Of a stretch of 64,000 nt of DNA, positions 54,588-63,870 are shown piece by piece. The stretch is taken from positions 1-64,000 of the forward strand of contig CAZFUY010000004.1 of NCBI GenBank assembly GCA_964522445.1. The letters are read 5' to 3'. The stretch comes from an uncultured Thiotrichaceae bacterium. Lineage in GTDB: Bacteria > Pseudomonadota > Gammaproteobacteria > SZUA-229. Both the position numbers and the translations under genes were made by a program. Position 1 is the first letter of the stretch; every line of letters begins with the position of its first letter. The notes under the pieces were generated by a model that was not told where the DNA came from, did no database searches, and saw nothing but the letters and a program-made list of their open reading frames with translations.

Positions 54588-55134
54588 ATTCACTGGTACG
54601 TGTATCAATTTTTAGCATTTCACCTTCTTCAATGAATAACGGCACTTTAACAACAGCGCCACTTTCCAGTGTTGCCGGTTTTGTTGCACCCTGTGCGGTA
54701 TCACCTTTAAGGCCTGGGTCAGTTTGTGCTACCTGTAGCTCTACAAAATTAGGCAGTGTTACCAGTAAAGGAACACCATCCCAGAGCGTAACCATGCATT
54801 TTTCCTGTATTTTTAATAAGGGAACAACATCTGCTACAGCACTTTCAGGCGCACTAATTTGCTCAAAGGTATTAGGGTCCATAAAATACCAGAATTCACC
54901 ATCACTGTAGGAAAATTCCATATCCTGATCAACTACATCAGCCGCTTCCACTGACTCGCCAGATTTAAATGTTTTTTCTAAAACACGACCCGTTTTAAGA
55001 TTACGTAACTTAACCCGGTTGAAGGCCTGCCCCTTGCCCGGCTTAACTAATTCATTCTCAGTAATGGAGCATGGGTCGCCATCTAATATTATTTTAAGTC
55101 CGCCACGAAATTCATTTGTGCTGTATGATGCCAT
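54565..55134 (-). CDS. efp: Elongation factor P
   Basis: 189 aa with the [16 protein letters not shown] loop carrying the modifiable Lys. Confidence 0.95.
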   Translation of the reverse strand: MASYSTNEFRGGLKIILDGDPCSITENELVKPGKGQAFNRVKLRNLKTGRVLEKTFKSGESVEAADVVDQDMEFSYSDGEFWYFMDPNTFEQISAPESAVADVVPLLKIQEKCMVTLWDGVPLLVTLPNFVELQVAQTDPGLKGDTAQGATKPATLESGAVVKVPLFIEEGEMLKIDTRTSEYVSRVKD

Positions 55135-55200
55135 CTGTTTAATCCAGTTAATTAATTTTGGGTAGCACTGCTAGTTTAAATAGAGATACCCTTGTTCATC

Positions 55201-55240
55201 GGTAGCCAGGAGCCGCAGAGGGGTGAGCTGAATAGTTACC
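55201..55240. repeat. Solo right arm of the 28019-28144 hairpin family
   Basis: ggtagccaggagccgcagaggggtgagctgaatagttacc. The 20-mer ggggtgagctgaatagttac is identical to 28123-28142. Confidence 0.7.
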
Positions 55241-55277
55241 TAAAAATCAGCGCATATCATACCCGCTTAGTGAATAA

Positions 55278-56294
55278 ATGCCAAAATCAGCACCCAATAA
55301 CATCCTTCAGGTAAAATCATCCTGGCAACAACAACTGGCTCATGCCATTACAGACCCACTTGAATTATTAGAAATCCTGGGTATTGATACCAGACATTTC
55401 CCCCAATGTGAAAAGGCCTGTGATTCTTTCCCGTTAAAAGTTCCACTCTGTTACATCGATAAAATAAAACGGGGTGATATCAATGACCCCCTGCTAATGC
55501 AGATTATGGCAAGTGATAAAGAACTTGTTTCATTTAACAACTACTCAACTGATCCTGTGGGCGATTTACAGTCCATGCCTGTGCCAGGGCTATTACATAA
55601 GTACAAAGGCAGGGTGCTGCTTATCACCACCGGAGCATGCGCTATACATTGCCGTTATTGCTTTCGTCGGCATTTCCCTTATAGCGATAACCACTCATCT
55701 CAAAATCACTGGCAGGCAGCTCTGGATTACATACAGCAACACCAGGATATTGATGAGGTCATTCTCAGCGGCGGCGATCCACTGGTGCTATCAGACAGCA
55801 AGCTATCTGCATTGATACACGAACTGGAACATATCGATCACTTAAAACGTCTACGCATACACACTCGCCTGCCCGTTGTTTTGCCATCTCGCATCACTGA
55901 TGACTTAATAACGCTTTTACAATCTAGCCGTCTACACATTTGTATTGTTATCCACGCAAATCATGCACAGGAAATAACAACACATGAACAACAGGCATTA
56001 AAACGTTTAAGCAGAGTTTCAATATTATTAAACCAGAGCGTATTGCTCAAAGGCATCAATGATTCGCAGCACGCCCAGAAGCAACTCAGTGAACAACTTT
56101 ATGTCTCTGGGGTCATACCTTATTATTTACACCTGCTTGACCCCGTACAGGGTGCAGCTCATTTTGATATCACTGAACAGCAGGCAATAGAGCTTATAGA
56201 GCAACTAAGAAGCCATTTACCCGGTTATCTGATACCCAGACTTGTACGTGAAACAGCAGGTAAAAACAGCAAAACGCCCATATTTGGACTATAA
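55278..56294 (+). CDS. epmB: EF-P beta-lysylation protein (lysine 2,3-aminomutase-like radical SAM)
   Basis: 338 aa with the radical SAM cluster motif CAIHCRYCFRR. It is divergent from efp. Confidence 0.9.
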   Translation: MPKSAPNNILQVKSSWQQQLAHAITDPLELLEILGIDTRHFPQCEKACDSFPLKVPLCYIDKIKRGDINDPLLMQIMASDKELVSFNNYSTDPVGDLQSMPVPGLLHKYKGRVLLITTGACAIHCRYCFRRHFPYSDNHSSQNHWQAALDYIQQHQDIDEVILSGGDPLVLSDSKLSALIHELEHIDHLKRLRIHTRLPVVLPSRITDDLITLLQSSRLHICIVIHANHAQEITTHEQQALKRLSRVSILLNQSVLLKGINDSQHAQKQLSEQLYVSGVIPYYLHLLDPVQGAAHFDITEQQAIELIEQLRSHLPGYLIPRLVRETAGKNSKTPIFGL

Positions 56295-56464
56295 ATCAGT
56301 AAATAATCCATGTAATAGCTTAAAAACATATGGCATGTTACTGTTTTTATTAAAAATCTTAAGGTTTACAGGAAAATAAGATAGACTTGGTTAATTACAG
56401 GTAAGTTAAATATAACGCAATATAATGTAAGAGTATCAGCCCCTCACAGTTGGCAACAAGGGTT

Positions 56465-58303
56465 ATGAAATTAAATATTCCAGAACAACTAGTAACAGAT
56501 AAAGATGATTTTCCAAATCATCCCCGAAAGCTAAAAAAGTGGCTTGCCAGTTTAAAGCAGGCCAATATGGGCGACTATACTCGGCAGATTTATAACGGCA
56601 TCATACAGTTAAACCGTCTACAGATCCCCGTAAAATATCGTCTGGAAGATATGGAAATATTGCGTGAACATTCTCGCCATATTTTTGATCAGTTACACAA
56701 ATATTTTATCAATAGAACATTACCTCTACCTGAAAAAAGTCTGAAAATTATTAACCTCAATCAGGCTATTTTGAATGAGATGGCGATGGGTTATAAAATA
56801 ATTATTTTTGAAGCGGCAAATGACATAAATAAAGTTGATTCAAAAATACTCATTACTGCCAGCGAACGTGCTTTGCATTATTTATCTGAAATATTACTTA
56901 GAGCCAGCCAGGTTTATGCTGAACCCCCCAAAGGCACCTGGGCAGATGTTCACAAAATTTATGCTTATGCAGAACACAAAAATATTCATCAAAAAGAAAT
57001 CAAAGACCCCGAAGTCATAAAAAAATCAACGTCTGTTGAAAATATCTATAAGCAAATATTACTTTTTTCCCTTTCTCGACCTAATGCATTACGACAAAGC
57101 GACTCAGAACGGGTACATAAAATAATGCCTGACTGGGCAGAATATACCCATATAAGTGCCAAACTATCGCCTAATAAGTTAAATCATTATTTCTGTAGCA
57201 AACTAAACACCGATTTACCACCTAACTGTATTTCTGAAGAAGATTTGGCCGATATAAAAATTGCACGTATTATTGAAACAGAAAAACTCATAAACCACCT
57301 GCGCAGTCAAATTCACGATGACGATGATTCTTTAAATTCTGCCATTTCTATTGGTGAACAGGTTTCACAGGAAACCCTGCGCACTCTGGTCTCTTCATGG
57401 AGTTTATGCACAAAACGCCGTTTTTCTCGTGCGGAAAGAAAAGGCGATATTAAAGTTGCCATAGGTCTTGCCTCTATTTATGAGGCCATTACCCAGGAAG
57501 CCACACCGCCTAAACCAAAAAAAGAAAAACCAGCCAATATGTTTTCTCTTGAATCCATCCCTGATGCAGAAAGAGCTGACAAAGATATTTTTGCTCAACA
57601 AGATCCAACCATGTTTATCACTGACCCCAGTAAAGTTTCAGAAGAAAGTTCTGCGGGTGCCTGGGATATGGTTGCCAAAGGTCGCGCACTAACCGAAAGC
57701 TACGCAATTGAACTGGAAAACCAATACAATGATCTTGGTGAACTCAATATAGGTGATCCTGATGCACACTGGAAAATAACCAATGTAAGCGCCGGTGGCT
57801 ACTGCCTGCGCTGGCATGCAGAAACACCATCAAAAGCACAGGTGGGTGAATTAATAGGCATTAGAGAACAGGAAGCAGACCACACCTATCAGTGGCGTGT
57901 CGGTGTCATTCGCTGGATGCAATACACTGTAAAATACGGTCTGGAGATTGGCGTACAAATTCTTTCACCTAAAGTTATATCCTGCACAGTGCAAAGATCT
58001 GAAAAGAAAAATGAAGATCCTTTTAACTGCTTAATGCTACCAGGCATTAAACCCATACAACAACCATCAACATTACTACTACCTGCCCACGCCTTTAGAA
58101 AAGGCGGCATATTAAATATTCATGTTTATGAACGTGATATGGAAATAAAACTGGGTACTATTCGTGAACACACAGGGTCATTCACTCAGTTCCAGTTTTC
58201 TCAAATTAATGAAGATAAAGACCAGAGTGATAATGGCGATGAAGGCAAAAACAAATCTTCACGTAATCCAGAAGACTTTAACTCTATCTGGTCATCTCTA
58301 TAA
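56465..58303 (+). CDS. Large protein with C-terminal PilZ-like domain (FimW-like c-di-GMP receptor candidate)
   Basis: ORF from TTG 56450; ATG 56465 gives MKLNIPEQL. The C-terminal beta-rich segment has N-x-S-x-x-G (WKITNVSAGGYCLRW). An RxxxR (KRRFSRAER) lies about 120 aa upstream. The gene sits immediately upstream of a FimX-like gene. Confidence 0.5.
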   Translation: MKLNIPEQLVTDKDDFPNHPRKLKKWLASLKQANMGDYTRQIYNGIIQLNRLQIPVKYRLEDMEILREHSRHIFDQLHKYFINRTLPLPEKSLKIINLNQAILNEMAMGYKIIIFEAANDINKVDSKILITASERALHYLSEILLRASQVYAEPPKGTWADVHKIYAYAEHKNIHQKEIKDPEVIKKSTSVENIYKQILLFSLSRPNALRQSDSERVHKIMPDWAEYTHISAKLSPNKLNHYFCSKLNTDLPPNCISEEDLADIKIARIIETEKLINHLRSQIHDDDDSLNSAISIGEQVSQETLRTLVSSWSLCTKRRFSRAERKGDIKVAIGLASIYEAITQEATPPKPKKEKPANMFSLESIPDAERADKDIFAQQDPTMFITDPSKVSEESSAGAWDMVAKGRALTESYAIELENQYNDLGELNIGDPDAHWKITNVSAGGYCLRWHAETPSKAQVGELIGIREQEADHTYQWRVGVIRWMQYTVKYGLEIGVQILSPKVISCTVQRSEKKNEDPFNCLMLPGIKPIQQPSTLLLPAHAFRKGGILNIHVYERDMEIKLGTIREHTGSFTQFQFSQINEDKDQSDNGDEGKNKSSRNPEDFNSIWSSL

Positions 58304-58331
58304 ATATAAGTTTAACGCTTTGGATTAATAC

Positions 58332-60422
58332 ATGGAAAAAGAAAATATAGTAAATATTTTTATTATTGATGACTCTTTTAATAATGAAGAAAAAGTCGTC
58401 AAAATTATGCGGGCGGCTGGTTTTGCTGCTCACACTACACGTGCAGAAGATGAAGAAGACCTGATCGATGCTCTAAAAAAGAAACACCCTGACATATTAC
58501 TTTATTCAGTAGGAATGGAGTTAATCACACTGGAAGATACTATTGCCTGTTTAGAAAAAAATGCCCGCGAACCCGTACCTGTTATTGCTGTAAACCGCAG
58601 AAACCAGGAAGGCGACATTGTTAAAATTATGCGGGCAGGTGCTAAAGACCTTTCTGACTTTGAAACCCCCGTTCATCTTGAACTTGTTATTAAACGTGAA
58701 ATAAATGCTCACAGTGGCACAAAAAAACTATATAAACTGGAAGCTGCCAACAAAGAAATAGAAAAACGCTGCGAAGCCTTACTGGACTCTTCCAGAGATG
58801 CAATTGCTTATATTCATGAAGGCATGCATGTTTATGCCAACCAGTCTTATTTAGATTTATTCTGTTTTGAAGAATCTGAAGACCTGGAAGGCATGCCAAT
58901 ACTTGATATGGTAGGCATGGATGATCGCGATAAATTTAAAGTTTTTTTAAGAAAAAACTGCAAAGCAGGCGGCTGCGAATCGGACAAATTTGAATTAAGC
59001 CTGAGAAAATCAGACAGTACTGAATTTGATGGTGAGATGGAATTTTCACCAGCAAGTATTGATGGTGAACCCTGTATTCAGCTTGTTATTAGAAATCAGG
59101 TTAATACTAAAGAACTTGAAAAACAAATTGCACTGATGAGTCAGAAAGATGCAATAACAGGCTTATACAATCGCCAGTTTTTTCTTCAATCACTTGATAA
59201 AACAGTTGAAGAATCCATACAGAAAAAATTATCCGCAGGTGTATTACTTATTCATCTGGATAATTTTAGTGATATCAAGAAAAGCACAGGTGTTGTTGGC
59301 AGTGACAAATTTCTCAATGAAATATCACAATCTTTTGAAGCAGCCATTAACCCTGGAGATATCCTCGCCCATTTTGAAGGCAATATCTTTAGCATTGTTT
59401 CGTCCAGCCTTACACCCACATCAATACAGGCCTACGCCAATAAATTACGAAAAATTTCTCAGGATTTTATTGCCAACATAGACGGTCAGTCACACAATAC
59501 AACCTGTACTATTGGTGCCAGTGTAATTGATGAAAACACACCTGATGCAGGTGAAGCACTGCTTCGAGCCGAACGAGCTGTAATCGAAGCTGAAGAAAAA
59601 GGCCCAAATCAGCTTGTTATTTATCAACCTAAAAAAGGTGAGTTATCACAAAAAGAAATTGATAATCAGGTTATAGCAAACCTTAAAGAAGCTCTGACTA
59701 AGAATCGTTTTGTACTTTATTTTCAGCCCGTTATCAGTCTTCACGGTGATACAGATGAACGCTACGAAGTTTTTGTTCGTCTACTGGATGATGATGGAAA
59801 AATAGTCATGCCAAATGATTTTTTACCTGCAGCAGAACGCACAGGCATGTCGTTAGCTATTGATCGCTGGGTTTTATTGAACACAATTACAACACTCACT
59901 AAAAGATGGAAAAAAGGCAAGCGTACTTTATTTTTTGTCAAACTAACAGCCACATCATTGAAAGACAGCAACCTGATGAACTGGCTTAAGGAGCAGTTAA
60001 AGAAATTCAATGTTCCTAAAGACAGCCTGATTTTCGAAGTCAAAGAAAGCACAGCGGTTACCAGCCTGAAACAAACAGCAGAATTAGCAAGACAGTTAAG
60101 GGAATTAAATTGCAGCTTCGCACTGGATGATTTCGGCACGGGTAGCAACCCATTTCAATTACTTAAACATATACCTGCCGACTATCTTAAACTTGAACGT
60201 TCTTTTATGGAAAACCTTTCAACCAGTTCCGAGAATCAGGAAACTGTAAAGAAAATTACTGAATCCGCAATGGAAATGAATAAACTAACCATTGCACAAT
60301 GCGTAGAAGATGCCACCAGTTTATCTGTATTATGGGGCATGGGCATTAATTTTATTCAGGGCAACTTTCTACAGGAAGCATCACCTAACCTGGATTATGA
60401 CTTCACATCAATGGCAGGTTAA
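58332..60422 (+). CDS. fimX: FimX-like protein: degenerate REC-PAS-degenerate GGDEF-EAL-type domain
   Basis: 696 aa. The REC lacks an acceptor Asp (PDILLYSVGM). The GGDEF site reads HFEGNIF. The EAL site reads YEVFVRLLD (EVF), while DDFGTG is retained. The domain order and degeneracies match what I recall of P. aeruginosa FimX (GDSIF / EVL). Confidence 0.6.
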   Translation: MEKENIVNIFIIDDSFNNEEKVVKIMRAAGFAAHTTRAEDEEDLIDALKKKHPDILLYSVGMELITLEDTIACLEKNAREPVPVIAVNRRNQEGDIVKIMRAGAKDLSDFETPVHLELVIKREINAHSGTKKLYKLEAANKEIEKRCEALLDSSRDAIAYIHEGMHVYANQSYLDLFCFEESEDLEGMPILDMVGMDDRDKFKVFLRKNCKAGGCESDKFELSLRKSDSTEFDGEMEFSPASIDGEPCIQLVIRNQVNTKELEKQIALMSQKDAITGLYNRQFFLQSLDKTVEESIQKKLSAGVLLIHLDNFSDIKKSTGVVGSDKFLNEISQSFEAAINPGDILAHFEGNIFSIVSSSLTPTSIQAYANKLRKISQDFIANIDGQSHNTTCTIGASVIDENTPDAGEALLRAERAVIEAEEKGPNQLVIYQPKKGELSQKEIDNQVIANLKEALTKNRFVLYFQPVISLHGDTDERYEVFVRLLDDDGKIVMPNDFLPAAERTGMSLAIDRWVLLNTITTLTKRWKKGKRTLFFVKLTATSLKDSNLMNWLKEQLKKFNVPKDSLIFEVKESTAVTSLKQTAELARQLRELNCSFALDDFGTGSNPFQLLKHIPADYLKLERSFMENLSTSSENQETVKKITESAMEMNKLTIAQCVEDATSLSVLWGMGINFIQGNFLQEASPNLDYDFTSMAG

Positions 60423-60652
60423 ACTTTTTCTATTAGTTTAAGCAATTAAAAAATTATTTTTCTACAGCGATCCATCCCCCCCACCCAACTTGATAATAAA
60501 ATTATCTTATATATCTGTTTTCTTATATAGATCATTAAAAACCACTAAAACGTGATATTCCCATTATTTTTTAAAATTTTATTTGACTTATCTACTTAAA
60601 CAGCTTTACTTAGTATCAAAATAATTAATGCCAATTAATAACATGGTCTAAT

Positions 60653-62302
60653 ATGAAAAAAGTCAATCAATTCTTTAATAAGAAATCACGCCTCATTAAA
60701 GCACCAGAACTTAATAATTCAAATAGTTCAAAACTTGCACCATTTAGCAAGTTAGCAATTAAAGAAAGACTTCCTGAATTATTAAAAGTGCAAAATGATT
60801 TTTTCCCCTGCTTTGACTGGACCTTCCCTCCTCCATTACTCAGTAAATCAGTACCACCAGATAACGCTGATGAACTATTTTCCAGACACTCTGTTATAGC
60901 TAACAGGTATTCTATTTATTTACACAGTCCATTCTGTAAATCATTATGCAGCTTCTGCTACTACGCCATTATTCCTGGCAAGGGAATTAATTTTTCAGAA
61001 ACTTATGTGGATTACCTGATTCAGGAAATGGCTTTATATGCAGAAACATTTAAAGGACAAATCTGTGAGTCCATTTATTTTGGTGGTGGCACGCCCAGTT
61101 TTCTTGATAATAAATTATTAACAAAAATATTTAACAGCTTGCATCAATATTTTGATATTAGTAATGATGCAGAAATCACCATTGAATCTGCACCTGGCAC
61201 TCTTTCAAAAGATAAATGTGAATTATTAAAATCACTGGGTGTTAACCGTTTAAGTTATGGCATACAGACACTTGATGAAAAACTATTATCTACTATGAAC
61301 CGTGATTATTCAGTAAGTCAGGCTATTGAAGAACTGAGTCATGCAATAGAGATTATAGGCAATGTTAATGTTGATACTATGTATGGTTTTGATGGTGAGC
61401 ATAAAGACACATTAATTAATACGTTAAAACATCTTCATGAAATTGGCGTACCCAGCTTTTCAATATATGCATTAGATAAACAGCGCAGTGATAGTAAAAT
61501 TCTTTTTGAGCCACCCCGTGACAATTCTTATGAACAAAAAATCACACAATTTTCAGAAGCCGAAAAATACCTGATGAAACTGGGTTACAAACCCACTTTA
61601 CAAAATACTTTTATTAATCCTGAACAGGCATCATACAAACACCAGTTAAGACGCTGGGATAATCTCCCTCTTGTTGCAATGGGCATAAACTCTCAGGGCT
61701 ATGCACCACAAAAAGCTTATCAAAACACAGGTAGTTTAAAATCCTATTATCAGATGATTGATGCTGGAAAATTACCTGTTGCGACAATGGATGAATTAGA
61801 TGCGGAACTGGAATTATGTCGAGAACTCACCAGCAAACTACGTTTTACATTTGTAAGTCTTGGCGAGTTTGAATACAAATACGGAGTATCAATTAAGAAA
61901 GTATTTAAAGACTTAATCAGCTGCCTTACTGAACTGGGCTATATCGAATGCCATGATGACATTCTTCGCATGACTGAAAAAGCCGCCTATTACAATAACA
62001 TTATTCCAATGTTATTTGCTCCAGATCGTTTTAAAGAGAAATTAATGCAATTACCAGAAGAATACCTGGAAACATTCCCTGTACCTTTTATTATGACTCA
62101 ATTAGGCAATGCTCAGTCAAGCAACTTTAATTTACCAGAAAACAGATGCGTAGAAAATTTTGATCGCCGCACCAACTGGAGCAGAAGACAGGAAAAGCTT
62201 AACGAGCATAATGATGAACGTCGTTTTAGCACTGGAAGACGAAGTACAGATGGGATATGGAACTGGTCAGCAACACATAATCCAACTGACTTACCTCAGT
62301 AA
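60653..62302 (+). CDS. HemN-family radical SAM protein with N- and C-terminal extensions
   Basis: 549 aa. CxxxCxxC (FCKSLCSFCYY) begins about 90 aa in. It has GGGTPS, a HemN-like core and a HemN_C-like region, plus a roughly 60-aa Arg/Trp-rich tail (RRTNWSRRQEKLNEHNDERRFSTGRRSTDGIWNWS). Confidence 0.7.
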   Translation: MKKVNQFFNKKSRLIKAPELNNSNSSKLAPFSKLAIKERLPELLKVQNDFFPCFDWTFPPPLLSKSVPPDNADELFSRHSVIANRYSIYLHSPFCKSLCSFCYYAIIPGKGINFSETYVDYLIQEMALYAETFKGQICESIYFGGGTPSFLDNKLLTKIFNSLHQYFDISNDAEITIESAPGTLSKDKCELLKSLGVNRLSYGIQTLDEKLLSTMNRDYSVSQAIEELSHAIEIIGNVNVDTMYGFDGEHKDTLINTLKHLHEIGVPSFSIYALDKQRSDSKILFEPPRDNSYEQKITQFSEAEKYLMKLGYKPTLQNTFINPEQASYKHQLRRWDNLPLVAMGINSQGYAPQKAYQNTGSLKSYYQMIDAGKLPVATMDELDAELELCRELTSKLRFTFVSLGEFEYKYGVSIKKVFKDLISCLTELGYIECHDDILRMTEKAAYYNNIIPMLFAPDRFKEKLMQLPEEYLETFPVPFIMTQLGNAQSSNFNLPENRCVENFDRRTNWSRRQEKLNEHNDERRFSTGRRSTDGIWNWSATHNPTDLPQ

Positions 62303-62336
62303 TTTATCACTATAAAATTCCCAGACGCTATTGTTT

Positions 62337-62356
62337 TGTCATCCCGAGCGCAGTCC
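62337..62356. repeat. Half copy (left arm only) of the tgtcatcccgagcg palindrome family
   Basis: tgtcatcccgagcgcagtcc matches the left arm at 26116-26135 at 18/20 positions. No inverted partner follows. Confidence 0.65.
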
Positions 62357-62483
62357 ACTAGTGTTCGGAATAAAATCGTCTAAATGGCCACAACACTAAT
62401 TAATATTAAGTTTAAGTAATATTGATGAGACTACAGACTTAAAAAATATATTCGTCATACCTGCAGCTTTAATACACAGGAGA

Positions 62484-62534
62484 TTCTCGCACTAAAAGTG
62501 CATAGTTTTAACTAGCAACCTGGAACAATAAAAT
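62484..62534. repeat. Second copy of the hairpin + ttttaactagc repeat
   Basis: See 53362-53410. It lies 8 nt downstream of the DUF2846 gene stop on the minus strand. Confidence 0.7.
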
Positions 62535-62541
62535 TAATATT

Positions 62542-63087
62542 TTAGTTTGAAAAAGGCGACCTGGTTTTCTGTGTAGAAAAACTGGCATCTTCTTTTTTAT
62601 CTTCACTTACACTATCTTTAAAAAAATATTTTTTAGTTTTTGTTTTCTTCTTCATAGAAGGAATGCCCTGCATTTCATTTAGGGCTAAAGCTTTATCTAC
62701 CTGATAAAAATCAAAACGACGAAGATAGGGCTGATTCATTCTAAACTGCATTTTAGTCGTTATTTCAAAAAAATAAGCATGACCTTCATCAATAAAGACA
62801 TCGAGTTCTTTTTGACCTTCATACCTGTCATTTAGTGCCAGTTTAATATTATGTTGACCTGCCGGAAGAAAAAAATGAATATATGAATTATTTTTAATTA
62901 ACGACTGTTTTTTTCCGTCCACTAATATATCAGGTGAAACAATAATATTGGACGAAGAATTCTGGCGATAAATGTAAATAATAGACTTGCCTGCTTCATT
63001 AACCTCAATCGGGATAAATCGGATCCGTTCATGTGAACAGGCCGGTAAAAACAATACTGATAGTATTAATAACTTTATTATTCTCAT
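62542..63087 (-). CDS. DUF2846-like lipoprotein
   Basis: 181 aa with a lipobox (LFLPAC). The pattern IYIYRQNSS...DILVDGKKQSLIKNNSYIHFFLPAGQHNIKL is typical of DUF2846. Confidence 0.6.
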   Translation of the reverse strand: MRIIKLLILSVLFLPACSHERIRFIPIEVNEAGKSIIYIYRQNSSSNIIVSPDILVDGKKQSLIKNNSYIHFFLPAGQHNIKLALNDRYEGQKELDVFIDEGHAYFFEITTKMQFRMNQPYLRRFDFYQVDKALALNEMQGIPSMKKKTKTKKYFFKDSVSEDKKEDASFSTQKTRSPFSN

Positions 63088-63099
63088 TTATTATCTTCT

Positions 63100-63870
63100 T
63101 CAGGATTTACGTGTAAAAATCATTTTGTCACCCTGACTCAACTTCTTATTAAAACTATATCCATCCTCATTATAATATTTAATATCTTTAGGATCACTTA
63201 ACTGGTTCTGTATAATATACCGACTTAAAGCACCACGTGCTTTTTTCGCATAGATCCCAATCACCTTATATTGACCGCCTTTATACTCTTTAAACTCAGG
63301 CGTAATAATTTCTGCATTTAGCTCTTTAGGTTTTACTGACTTGAAATATTCATTCGAAGCAAGGTTAATTAGATAATCAGATTTTATTTTTTTTAACTGC
63401 TGATTTAATCCATCAGTAATTTTTGATCCCCAGAACTCATACAGATTTTTTCCTCGCTCATTTTGTAGTCGAGTTCCCATTTCAAGGCGATAGGCTTTCA
63501 TTAGATCGAGTGGTCTTAATAAGCCATACAAACCAGACAATATCCGAAAATGAGCCTGTGCAAATTTGAAATCCTTAGCTGAAAAACTTTCCGCATCCAG
63601 CCCTGTATACACATCACCTTTAAATGCTAATGCGGCCTGCTTAGCATTTTTTTCAGTAAAACGAGGAGTCCAGGAGTCATAACGATCAAAATTCAACTCA
63701 GCAATTTTATTACTAACTTTCATTAGCTCCATAATATCCATAACAGAATATTCACGCAGATACTTAATCAATATTTTCGACTGGTCTAGATAATCAGGCT
63801 TTGTAAATTTACTGGTTTTTGAAGGCGTATCAAAATCAAGCGTTTTTGCGGGGGAGACAACTATTAACAT
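63100..63870 (-). CDS. yaaA: Peroxide stress protein YaaA (UPF0246/DUF328)
   Basis: 256 aa with N-terminus MLIVVSPAKTLDF and YaaA-like sequence throughout. Confidence 0.85.
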   Translation of the reverse strand: MLIVVSPAKTLDFDTPSKTSKFTKPDYLDQSKILIKYLREYSVMDIMELMKVSNKIAELNFDRYDSWTPRFTEKNAKQAALAFKGDVYTGLDAESFSAKDFKFAQAHFRILSGLYGLLRPLDLMKAYRLEMGTRLQNERGKNLYEFWGSKITDGLNQQLKKIKSDYLINLASNEYFKSVKPKELNAEIITPEFKEYKGGQYKVIGIYAKKARGALSRYIIQNQLSDPKDIKYYNEDGYSFNKKLSQGDKMIFTRKS

